Shown here piece by piece: positions 32,368-41,727 of a stretch of 51,060 bases of DNA. A model generated the notes under the pieces. It searched no databases, was not told the DNA's origin, and saw nothing but the letters and a program-made list of their open reading frames with translations. The position numbers and the translations under genes were made by a program. Each line of letters begins with the position of its first letter. Within the stretch, counting starts at the first letter, position 1. This DNA comes from Trichomonas gallinae (Eukaryota), in the NCBI GenBank assembly GCA_008369845.1, contig MRSU01011482.1, forward strand, positions 1-51,060, given 5' to 3'.

Positions 32368-33120
32368 ATGCGGACTTCTTTTAGATCTCGAGAAATTCCA
32401 AAATCACCAAAAATGTCATCACAAAGAACATCCACTACATTTAGGACAACAGATACACGCTCATCTGGTACAAGAAAAATAACTCCTTACAATACAAATC
32501 GTCCATCTTACGGAAGAGTTCATACTTTTGCTCCACCGAGCGACGATTTCGATATTCATGAACTAGACTTCACTCCTCCGCCTCGTGTTACTACGATTCC
32601 GAAGCCAATTCGTGCAATGCGCGGAAAAGGCCCGAAACTGAACATCGCAGAGGAAGGATCCACAAGCGATCGCGTTCCATGTAGGTATTGCCAAAGGAAA
32701 TTTGCACCAGATCGTTTGCCAGTCCATGAAAGAATTTGTGCAAAGACAAGAAAGCGAAGACCATTCAATGCATCGATGCACAGAGTCTCAGGAACTGAAA
32801 TGCGCTATGTTCCTCGTCCATCCAAGGCTGATATGACATCCAGTCGCACAAAGTATATTAACGGAAAACCAAAATATAGAATTGAGCACGAAAATCTTGT
32901 TGCTGCTCTTCGTGCTGCCAGAGGAGTTGCAGCATACGAGTCAGGAAAGATCAAAAAGATGCCAAAGATGCCGAAAATGCAAGAAGTTCCTGATGGAAGA
33001 GTTCGCTGCAAATATTGTGGAAGAAGATTCGGTCCAGAGCAAGCGGAGAGACACATACCGTTCTGTAAGAGAAATGCAGGCCTAAGGCAGCCAGCGAGAC
33101 CAACAACAAGAAGATATTAA
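32368..33120 (+). CDS. ZC2HC1-like protein with two C2HC zinc fingers
   Basis: CRYCQRKFAPDRLPVHERIC and CKYCGRRFGPEQAERHIPFC, plus RRPFNASMHRVSGT and RIEHENLVAALRAAR. Confidence 0.85.
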   Translation: MRTSFRSREIPKSPKMSSQRTSTTFRTTDTRSSGTRKITPYNTNRPSYGRVHTFAPPSDDFDIHELDFTPPPRVTTIPKPIRAMRGKGPKLNIAEEGSTSDRVPCRYCQRKFAPDRLPVHERICAKTRKRRPFNASMHRVSGTEMRYVPRPSKADMTSSRTKYINGKPKYRIEHENLVAALRAARGVAAYESGKIKKMPKMPKMQEVPDGRVRCKYCGRRFGPEQAERHIPFCKRNAGLRQPARPTTRRY

Positions 33121-33187
33121 TTTATTAACCAATTAAATAACCATGTATATCGCGTAATTTGTTTATTTATAGATAAAAGACAATGTT

Positions 33188-33682
33188 TTACTGTGCTGCT
33201 TTAGCTCCTGGCATACTATAGATATATGCATCACCGACTTTCAAGGCTTTGTAGTACTCTGGTAAAAATTCTTTTTGTGTGAAACCGAATTCTGTGTAGA
33301 ATTTCATTGCAGCTTCGTTGCTATATAATACATGAAGATATATTTCATCGACATCCTTATTTGCTTCGATAACATGCTTGAGAAGATCACTTGCAATACC
33401 ACGACGCTGATATGTATGTAAAACTCCGATAGTCATTAAATATAATTTATGAATACTTGGATTTTTTTCATCTTCTTCAATACGCCAACATATTTCGCCA
33501 ATTGGAAGATCATCGTTTAAATAAACAAGTAATCCATGTGCGATCTTTCCTTCTTGAAACATATCATATATATGCTTTCTATAATGAACTGGAAGCGTTT
33601 CACGATGAATGCGGCGAAGTAAACCAACGTTTGATTTATCTACTTTGACATAACTGAGCTTAAATGGCTGATTTTCGCCCAT
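33188..33682 (-). CDS. NAA50: N-alpha-acetyltransferase 50 (NatE/San), GNAT family
   Basis: LPVHY, KLYLMTIGVLHTYQRRGIASDLL, IYLHVLYSNEAAMKFY..FGF, EYYK...DAY. Confidence 0.8.
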   Translation of the reverse strand: MGENQPFKLSYVKVDKSNVGLLRRIHRETLPVHYRKHIYDMFQEGKIAHGLLVYLNDDLPIGEICWRIEEDEKNPSIHKLYLMTIGVLHTYQRRGIASDLLKHVIEANKDVDEIYLHVLYSNEAAMKFYTEFGFTQKEFLPEYYKALKVGDAYIYSMPGAKAAQ

Positions 33683-34151
33683 TTTTTTTATTGCTTGACC
33701 AATAACTTATAATCTCTATTTGAGTATAATATATAAATATACTAAGATAAATATTTCAATTTATATAATAGTTTTGGGAAAATATTGAATATTCATATTT
33801 GATAAAAATATATTTTCATTATTGTTATAAAAAATCAACAAAATTGATCATTATATTAGTAAATTTGGTTTGTTCATTAATGATTTTAATTCGATCAAAT
33901 ATGAAACAATAAAAATAAACAATCAAACAAAATGGAATTGAAAAAACAATATTGAAACAGTAGAATGGTTAATTATAATATTGTTTTGGCTTAAAAATTA
34001 GATTATTTTGGAAATCAGTTAATTTTTGAGATTAGAGTGTTTTGTTATGGAAAATAGGTTACATATATTATAAGTAAATCTGATATGAAATAAAAAGATG
34101 GACAATGAACGATTATTGTAAAACTATAAATAAACGTGTTTTTAAATTCAA

Positions 34152-35591
34152 ATGGCTCTTGCTAAAGATAATAAAGTATATTTAGAAACGATTAAATTAT
34201 GGGAAGGATATTCTGGCAGTATTAACAACTTCGACTACTTCACACGACCTCCAATCAAATTTATTGCAAGTCTTATTAAAGCAGTCAATCAAAAGACAAA
34301 ATTCGGCACTGGATATTTCACAGAAGGACAATTAGAAGGCAAAGCTGTCGGTACTAAAGAAGAAAAACTCGATTTTCTCAAGATGTTACATATATATACA
34401 GAATACGTTAATAAAGCCCACATCAAAGTCGATCCAGCAAAGATTGCTGCTGGACAGGATGTAGAGAATACACTTATGTTATTGCAAGCAGTTATTAAGG
34501 GCTCCGAAAATCCAAAGATGGAATTCGAAACGGCAGCAAAGCGTGCCATGAAGAAATTCGAGTCAGAGAAGAACGCTTCGAACAAGGACGGAGATGCACC
34601 AAAATCTCCAGAAAAGAAGAAATCGGAAGATAAATCTAAAGAGGAAGCACCTAAATCACCAGAAAAGAAGAAGGAGCGTCCGAAAGAAGAAAAACCAAAG
34701 GAAGAAAAGCCAAAGGAAGAAAAACCGAAGGAGGAAGCAAAGCAAGAAGAGAAGAAGGAAGAAAGAAAGCGCGAGAGAAAGAAGGAGGAACCAAAACCAG
34801 AGGAGAAGAAGGAAGAGCCGAAGCCAGAAGAGAAGCCTAAGGAAGAAGAAAGGCCAAGAAAGAAGAGAGAAGAACCAAAGCCAGAGGAAAAGAAGGAAGA
34901 AGAGAGACCAAGGAGGAAAGAAAAGCCACCGAAACAAGAAGAACCAGTTGTCCCATCAATCAATGTTGACATCGAGGACGACGCTAATCCAGCAGCCAGG
35001 CCAATGACAGCTAGAAAGGCCCCACCGAAAGTTAAGGATGAGGCACCAGTCATAACAGAGTCTAAAGTCACAACAATCATCAAAGAAGAAGATGTCGATG
35101 ATGATGTTGATGACGTCTTCGTCGAAGAGTCTGCTGCAGGACAGCCTACAACATCCGGACAGGAGAACGGCCAGCTTGTGCAGAAGATCCTCGAGGAGTT
35201 CCAGAACGTATCTACAAAGCAGGGAGGAAGCGCAGCAGAGGCATATGATGCAGACAGATTCAAGCAGTCAATAGAATTCGCTAAAGGCTTGCTCCAGCAC
35301 CTTGCTAGGTCCGCTCAGCCGCTCGACACACTTATTCAGTTCTCACAGGAAGATCTCGGCAATATGGAGAACGAGTACACAAGGTGGACTGAAGAGTGCA
35401 AGAAGCAGGAGAAGCTTCTCGAGCAGGAAAGAGCGCAGACTGAAACAGCGCTCCACGATCTTAACTCCAAGGTAGAGGATCTCGACAAGGACATAGCTAG
35501 ACAGGAATCGAGGTTGAGGCTTGTGAAGGCCGCCGCGCTTCTTAAGGAGAGTGAGTTAATGAAGGATTTCGCCGGTCTTTGTCAACAGTAA
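34152..35591 (+). CDS. IFT54: Intraflagellar transport protein IFT54 (TRAF3IP1/MIP-T3)
   Basis: CH domain (RPPIKFI, KIAAGQDVENT), K/E/P low-complexity linker, RPMTARKAPPKVK, GQLVQKIL and LQHLARSAQPL...QEDLGNMENE coiled coil. Confidence 0.9.
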   Translation: MALAKDNKVYLETIKLWEGYSGSINNFDYFTRPPIKFIASLIKAVNQKTKFGTGYFTEGQLEGKAVGTKEEKLDFLKMLHIYTEYVNKAHIKVDPAKIAAGQDVENTLMLLQAVIKGSENPKMEFETAAKRAMKKFESEKNASNKDGDAPKSPEKKKSEDKSKEEAPKSPEKKKERPKEEKPKEEKPKEEKPKEEAKQEEKKEERKRERKKEEPKPEEKKEEPKPEEKPKEEERPRKKREEPKPEEKKEEERPRRKEKPPKQEEPVVPSINVDIEDDANPAARPMTARKAPPKVKDEAPVITESKVTTIIKEEDVDDDVDDVFVEESAAGQPTTSGQENGQLVQKILEEFQNVSTKQGGSAAEAYDADRFKQSIEFAKGLLQHLARSAQPLDTLIQFSQEDLGNMENEYTRWTEECKKQEKLLEQERAQTETALHDLNSKVEDLDKDIARQESRLRLVKAAALLKESELMKDFAGLCQQ

Positions 35592-36094
35592 AATGCTTTT
35601 TTTTATTTAGAAATTAGATGTATTTTTTCTTTTTTAAACCAAATCTCCCATAAGCTTTAATGAAGCGATACATGTGTATATCAAAAAAATTGTAAGGAAA
35701 TGTTGCTATATTTAACGAATTCTGATGAATTGCTTTCTCATATCTTCTATTTACTGAGAATTTTTTTTTTCATTCTCAATTTTCCACATTTTTTTTCATA
35801 TTAAACATAACATAGCTGTTTACAATCAGAGATTTTCTGGTTGAATTCATAATAAAACATCATTTTATCAAATGAATTATTTTCTCAAAATTATATTCTT
35901 CATATGACATATTAAATCTATGGAATTAGTTTATTTTAGACAATTATATGATTTGTGTCCAGCTTAGAGACTGTATTGCTACTAAAATATTATTCAAGAT
36001 TCGAGAAAGTTATCTGAGGAGATTAATAGAGATACGAAATAATTTATTTATAAATGCTAACAAATATCGATTATCATGATAATAAGTTTTGTAA

Positions 36095-36763
36095 TTAATT
36101 TTCGCATTGATGAATATAAGTAGCCCTATTCATATTATCATTCGATTCGATAGGAATTCCCATATAAGTTAATTCTGTATTCTGATTGTTTGGCTTCTTG
36201 TTATTAAAAGTGCAGGCCTGCTTGAAAAACTGCGGGAAATATGGTCCAAAGGCAGCTCCATCATAGTGTATGTGCGGTGGAGGGTCGTAAACATCATTAC
36301 ATGAGAAACAGTATAATTTGACGGTCGAGAACTTGGGTTTAGGGGAAACTCCAATTGGAAGAAGTCTAGCATGATGACAGTTGACGCGAGGACATTGGCC
36401 GAACTCGGCTTTATTATATTTTGTTTGCATCAACTGAACGCTTCCTATTGTCAAAAGATAGCGCTGATGTATAAGGTGGTAGAGAATAATCGCGTCTTTG
36501 TTGATTTCTTTTACTTCTGATGGCTCGAGACTTGGATTTTGATCTTTAATTAGTTTTAATGCTGTATTATAGTTATTTACTTGTTGGCTCAATCCGTATA
36601 GGTTGAAGTTATCGTTAATATATGATGAGTTCACTGGAATAAGCCAAGGATTCTTAGCCGTATAATTTTTGACCCACTCGGAAATAGATTGCTGCTCAGG
36701 GTTATATGTGGCCACAGTGTCTTCGTTTGGCGTTTCGCAAATAAAGTCGTCATAAACATACAT
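36095..36763 (-). CDS. CKB: Casein kinase II regulatory (beta) subunit
   Basis: YINDNFNLYGL, LYHLIHQRY, FGQCPRVNC, VKLYCFSCNDVY, DGAAFG. Confidence 0.92.
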   Translation of the reverse strand: MYVYDDFICETPNEDTVATYNPEQQSISEWVKNYTAKNPWLIPVNSSYINDNFNLYGLSQQVNNYNTALKLIKDQNPSLEPSEVKEINKDAIILYHLIHQRYLLTIGSVQLMQTKYNKAEFGQCPRVNCHHARLLPIGVSPKPKFSTVKLYCFSCNDVYDPPPHIHYDGAAFGPYFPQFFKQACTFNNKKPNNQNTELTYMGIPIESNDNMNRATYIHQCEN

Positions 36764-37145
36764 CAGAAAAACGAAATTTTCACGAAAAACAAAACTGACA
36801 ATTTTTCAAAGGTTTATTTTTTGTAAATATAACAAGGCGCCTCAAACCCTTAAGATCCGCACTAAGAATAAATTTTTATATATGATTTCAGCGAAATTTG
36901 TTCATAAAAACTTCATTTTAAGTAATTTTATTTATCAAGATGCTCAATAATCAATAATTAAATAAAATATAGTTTAGTTATCTTAATTTAATTATATATA
37001 TTTTTTATCAATGATCAAAACAAAGATATTTATTTAAACAAATTTGATATCTTCAATAATTTGGTCTCCAAATGAATATATTAGCAAATCTCCACTTAGT
37101 TTGCTAATTAATATGATTCATAATGACTATTAACAAAAAAATAAT

Positions 37146-38561
37146 TCATCTTTCAAATAGCTGCAATACTTGGGTTGCACATTCACATTCTTCATCAGAT
37201 TCCATCATAAAGTCTTCAATATCGTCTAGAATTTCTGATTCTACAATAGATTGCTTAAAAATGTTATCAACATCATTTGGATCATTAAATAGCTTAATCA
37301 ACATTTGAGATATTAGTTCAACTGTCGTAGTAGTTTGGTCATCAATAATTGAAGCAACAACGCTGAGAAAGTCTGGATTAATTATTCGAAAACAATAATC
37401 TGTTGGAGCTTCTAAAATAAACTTGCAGAATATGCTAACAATCAGTATTAACTTATCATATTCAAAGTTATGAATGTTTTTCATAAAATGATCTAAAAAA
37501 TATTCAAAAATTAAATCACCATATCTAGAAATCAAAAGCTCGAGGTTTCTACATATCAATGGGAAGAGTAGCTTTGAATTATCACCAAGTAAATCATTTC
37601 GCATAATTATATAAAATTTTTCATTATTTGCAATTCTTGAATCGTATCCATTTTGATCTCTCCATTCAATAGTTTTTATAATAATGTTATAGCACATATA
37701 TGATTTGTTTAAATTGTGCAAATTAATAATATCTAAAAGTTTTGATTCAATTCCAATAGTTATCAAATATCCTACAATATCAGGTACATGTGAAAGTGAA
37801 TAAAGTATTGATACTTGAATATCTGTTAATTTGTTGAAATTATTTTTCAATTGTTCGAGAATTGTATCAGCAACAATGTGTGTGATATCATTATCAGGAT
37901 GCAACAATATAATGTTACCTTCATCATTAAAATCAACTTCAACAAAGCTATAGAAAAAAAGATTCGAAAAGTATTCAAAAATATACTGAATGAAAGGCGC
38001 CTCTGGTTTCATTTTTAAAATATCTACCATGCATTTTGTTAGTTCATTATGAATAATTCCCCGAAAAACTTTAGAATCAATGAAAATATTATTAATTGCG
38101 ATAATTAAATTCTCAATTGCAGCATTTTCACAGTTTTTTACAAATGAGCAGAGGCTGACTGTGAAATCTACGAACCTCTCAGGTATTTTATTTCGTGTTA
38201 AATATTGGAAACATATGGCCAAACCGTCATGAAAGGAATCTATTTGTGAATACATGGCAACTAGTAAGGTAGGGATATTTTTATCTAGTAAATCTTCGAA
38301 TTTGATAATTGATGGCTTATCAAGAAATTTAATTAAAGCATTAATGATTTCAATAAGTGAATCTTGATCTAAAGGATGCATAGAATAGAATGTTCCATCA
38401 AAATCAAATAAGCTGTTAAAATAATTCGAAAATCTGATATATTCATCAATAAATTCATGTTTATCTTCTATCATTTCATATGAAACATCAGCTAATTGAC
38501 CAACATTATCTTTAGATACTATTGAATTTATGCATATATCATTTTCATCTTTAAAATTCAT
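37146..38561 (-). CDS. Hypothetical ARM-like helical protein (471 aa)
   Basis: Long ORF, helical and I/L/N-rich; no specific family recognised. Confidence 0.7.
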   Translation of the reverse strand: MNFKDENDICINSIVSKDNVGQLADVSYEMIEDKHEFIDEYIRFSNYFNSLFDFDGTFYSMHPLDQDSLIEIINALIKFLDKPSIIKFEDLLDKNIPTLLVAMYSQIDSFHDGLAICFQYLTRNKIPERFVDFTVSLCSFVKNCENAAIENLIIAINNIFIDSKVFRGIIHNELTKCMVDILKMKPEAPFIQYIFEYFSNLFFYSFVEVDFNDEGNIILLHPDNDITHIVADTILEQLKNNFNKLTDIQVSILYSLSHVPDIVGYLITIGIESKLLDIINLHNLNKSYMCYNIIIKTIEWRDQNGYDSRIANNEKFYIIMRNDLLGDNSKLLFPLICRNLELLISRYGDLIFEYFLDHFMKNIHNFEYDKLILIVSIFCKFILEAPTDYCFRIINPDFLSVVASIIDDQTTTTVELISQMLIKLFNDPNDVDNIFKQSIVESEILDDIEDFMMESDEECECATQVLQLFER

Positions 38562-38564
38562 ATT

Positions 38565-38726
38565 GTCACTTTTGACTCAAATATATTCGTCACTTTTAGT
38601 TTGGTAAATTTCGTCACTTTTAAAACTATGGTACTTTTCATTTCAAAAATAGTTGTCACTTTTATATCATGTTACTTTTCAAAATTTATGTCACTTTTAA
38701 TTTTTGTAAAGTTCGTCGTCACTTTT
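38565..38726 (-). promoter_or_regulatory. Array of AAAAGTGAC (trichomonad M2-type) motifs in a bidirectional promoter
   Basis: GTCACTTTT at 38565, 38589, 38613, 38655, 38690 and 38718, plus degenerate copies at ~38630 and 38671, between ATGs at 38561(-) and 38736(+). Confidence 0.75.
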
Positions 38727-38735
38727 CTTTTTTCT

Positions 38736-40160
38736 ATGCGACGATTTTTCCGTCGCAGAAAGTATATTTTATTTGGAATTGCTTTCGTCATAATTATTTC
38801 GATGCTACTTTTATCAGGTATCTTCGCGTTTAATTTCGTTACTGTCGTTCAAGAGCCAGAAATTAGAAATGATTTTCTTCAATTAGTGCTTTCGCGAGTT
38901 CCTAATGACTTATATTTTCATTTTGAAGGTGTAGGAGCATCCGCACATTCACAAATTTCACCATTTTGCGAAAATAATTATTGCAAAATTCCGATAATTA
39001 TTGGCGGAATTGTGAAATTTTCTTTGGTATACAGATACATAAATATATTTACTAAACAATTCATCATAGAAAACGGAAAAATGAATTGCACAGATGAACC
39101 ATGGACAAACAGAATTTGCACTTTTCGAGATATTTGTTATGCGAACAATAAATATCATTTAATCTCACCATACAACATCACATTCGAAGAGAATTTGCTA
39201 TGTTTAGGTTCAAAAACTCCACCTGTTGACTTGGAGTTGAACAGATTTACAAATATGATTGACACATGGCAGAATGCTCCCCTTTTTGGGAAGAAAGTTT
39301 ATGCTCCTTCATTTTTAGTATCAATTTATTATAACATGCAAATGCTTTGGCACCAGTACTTTGATTTCCTTTTGCCGCTTTACCAGACATTAACGAGAGA
39401 GGGAGAATTTAACAACAAGTCGATTGTTTATCTGCCAAACTTTGCGACTATTTATCCGATGCAAGCGAATTATTTATCTCTTGGAAACAAAGTCGCTAAA
39501 ATGGAATTAAACAGCTGCTTCGATAAACTGACAATGGGAATGGTAAAAATAACTGATTTATCGCAAAATACTTATGATCCACCTTATAGTTTTTGCAATA
39601 ATTGTTCTGCAGGATTAAGAAAAATTATTTTAGAAAAAATGCAAATAAATGATACAGCAGAGCAGCCATCAGCTGTTATTCTAGGCCGTCGAGGAAAAGT
39701 GAGATTGTTTAATACTGAAACAGTTAAAGTCGTTGTTGAAAAATTGCTGCCTAATTATAAAGTTAAAGTTTATTTCTTCGAAGATATGAAAATTGAAAAA
39801 CAGATGAGAATAATGGCAAAGGCATCTTTATTCGTATCAATACATGGAAGTGGCTTGGCACATATAATATGGATGAAACCAGGTTCATCTGTCATTGAAC
39901 TAAAGGCATGGAAGCATACTTGTAATGATTGGTACCAAAAGGCTGCGAAAGCGACTGGAATTCACTACTTAGCATATTATCCTGATGAAATATTAGACAA
40001 ACCATCATATATCTCTGATGAATTGGCTTACTGCATCGATTCGGAAATTATGTGCGGCTCAACAATCTGTAAGGATAAACTGCGCGACCAGAATGTTACT
40101 GTCAATGCTCAAAGATTCGAAAAAGGCATCTCACAGTTCATAGAAGAACACTTGAAATAA
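38736..40160 (+). CDS. Glycosyltransferase family 61 (DUF563) type II membrane protein
   Basis: Likely ATG at 38736 (MRRFFRRRKY followed by a TM segment); MLWHQYFDFLLPL, QMRIMAKASLFVSIHGSGLAHIIWMKPGSSVIEL. Confidence 0.85.
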   Translation: MRRFFRRRKYILFGIAFVIIISMLLLSGIFAFNFVTVVQEPEIRNDFLQLVLSRVPNDLYFHFEGVGASAHSQISPFCENNYCKIPIIIGGIVKFSLVYRYINIFTKQFIIENGKMNCTDEPWTNRICTFRDICYANNKYHLISPYNITFEENLLCLGSKTPPVDLELNRFTNMIDTWQNAPLFGKKVYAPSFLVSIYYNMQMLWHQYFDFLLPLYQTLTREGEFNNKSIVYLPNFATIYPMQANYLSLGNKVAKMELNSCFDKLTMGMVKITDLSQNTYDPPYSFCNNCSAGLRKIILEKMQINDTAEQPSAVILGRRGKVRLFNTETVKVVVEKLLPNYKVKVYFFEDMKIEKQMRIMAKASLFVSIHGSGLAHIIWMKPGSSVIELKAWKHTCNDWYQKAAKATGIHYLAYYPDEILDKPSYISDELAYCIDSEIMCGSTICKDKLRDQNVTVNAQRFEKGISQFIEEHLK

Positions 40161-40546
40161 TATTGGAATATTTTTTTTTTTGCTCTCACAGATTGTAGAG
40201 CTAATAATCTTATAGTTACATCACATCATCTATTGATTTAGTTTCATGAATTTATTGTTGTGATGCTTTTAATGATTTTATTCTACTAATCTCTATCTAG
40301 TGTCGGATAACACAAGAGATAACTATTTTAATTCTCATCATCGAATTTATTATGCTTCATATAATGCATAATTCGACATGAACAGGCAAACTAGAGGAAA
40401 ACAGCCTTTATGTTTGCATCAGAAACAGTATATTATAACATTATACCTCACAACTTTGATAACAGTATTTTCATTAATGATGAGTATAATTATAATTAAT
40501 AACTATTTAAATTTTGTTAGAAAAGAGTGTTTATTTTTATTCTATT

Positions 40547-40672
40547 TTAGAAGAATTTGTCAAGATGGGTATGCAAGTCTTCGATGTACTTCGGGGAGTT
40601 TGGATTCTTCATAGTCTATGACTGGTGGAAATCTTGAGAATCCACAGTATTCGAATGCCTTGTTGAATGTTG
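40547..40672 (-). pseudogene. Relic 3' end of an mdaB paralogue
   Basis: Aligns with 40998-41133 (e.g. TFNKAFEYCGFSRFPPV../..MKNPNSPKYIEDLHTHLDKFF*), with an internal deletion and frameshift. Confidence 0.85.
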
Positions 40673-40997
40673 ACTGACTTTTGGGTACTTCACAATTTCG
40701 ATTTATCCAAACATTTTTTTTTATTTCAACATCTCGAAAAATAAATTAAAATTAAAATGCGAATCATATGCAATTACCATTCTCTTTTCACCACCAATAT
40801 CTTGCTGACCAACACACAATGATTTAGATTTCGAAAGCAAAATCATATCATTGCAAATATCATGTCAAAATCAGAATCATCTTTCGTATTCCAATCGATA
40901 ATAAACGAAATCTTCTATAATTCATCCAAAAATGCAACAATGGACAAAAATATTCAAATCGATTTTAAAAAAATGGAAGAAAGTAATGAACACTCTT

Positions 40998-41582
40998 TTA
41001 GAAGTATTTATCAAGGTGTGCATGTAAGTCTTTGATATATTTTTCGAAATTTGGAACTTTCATAACATTATTGAATGTCACAGGCGGAATTCTTGTAAAT
41101 CCGCAATATTCCCATGCCTTATAGACATTGAACCAGACTCCTTCAGCCTTTCTTCCTTCAAAGAACTGATTTTCTTCATTAAATGCTTCTTCAGGCGCAT
41201 TCCAAGTAGAAGAAATCATGAAATGCTTTCCATGGCAATTGCCACCACTTCCATATTTCTTGCTAGGATCTGATCTTGTGCGACCGTCGTTTCTATACAA
41301 TACTTTTTGCGAGAAAACTTCATCGATATATTTTTTCGTTGGCCAGGGCAAGCCCATCCACCATGCAGGCGTTTGCAATATTACAACATCAGACCACATG
41401 ATCGTAGCATTCTCTTTATCCGGTTTGTAGCCTTCTTCGATGTGTGTAATTTTTACTTCATGGCCTTTTTCTTCAAGATAATTTTTCATTTCTTCGGCAA
41501 GTGTTTTATTGAGTTTTCCGCCTGCATGGGCGAATGTATGGCCGCCGTTGATGATCAGAATCTTCGCATTCTTGAGATTCAT
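40998..41582 (-). CDS. mdaB: MdaB-like NAD(P)H:quinone reductase (flavodoxin-like fold)
   Basis: ILIINGG.FAH..GKLN, QTPAWWMGLPWPTKKYIDEVF, DGRTRSDPSKKYGSGG and STWNAPEEAF...QFFEG closely match bacterial MdaB. Confidence 0.92.
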   Translation of the reverse strand: MNLKNAKILIINGGHTFAHAGGKLNKTLAEEMKNYLEEKGHEVKITHIEEGYKPDKENATIMWSDVVILQTPAWWMGLPWPTKKYIDEVFSQKVLYRNDGRTRSDPSKKYGSGGNCHGKHFMISSTWNAPEEAFNEENQFFEGRKAEGVWFNVYKAWEYCGFTRIPPVTFNNVMKVPNFEKYIKDLHAHLDKYF

Positions 41583-41727
41583 CTATTTGTCAAAGAGAAA
41601 TGAAGTGAGTTTAGTATAATTCATTCAATTCCGATAGAATATAAAATTTAACGATTGATCAATTATTATATTACATTTGACGTGTTTTGAAGCATTTTAT
41701 TTGATGACATCAAAATTCAACTCAAAC

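Noticed and set aside
34289..35263. 324-aa antisense ORF and other overlapping ORFs
   Set aside because: Shadow of the K/E/P low-complexity linker of IFT54. The same applies to the many short antisense ORFs inside long genes.
35718..35762. TGATGA...CTGA flanked by AATTC/GAATT (box C/D snoRNA-like)
   Set aside because: Only ~45 nt, the stem geometry leaves no K-turn bulge, and there is no recognisable rRNA guide.
38565..38726. Regularly spaced repeats resembling a CRISPR array; 45-aa N-terminal extension of GT61
   Set aside because: The repeats are only 9 bp with 7-19-bp spacers, the context is eukaryotic and there are no cas genes. The extension is simply the translated motif array starting at a TTG.
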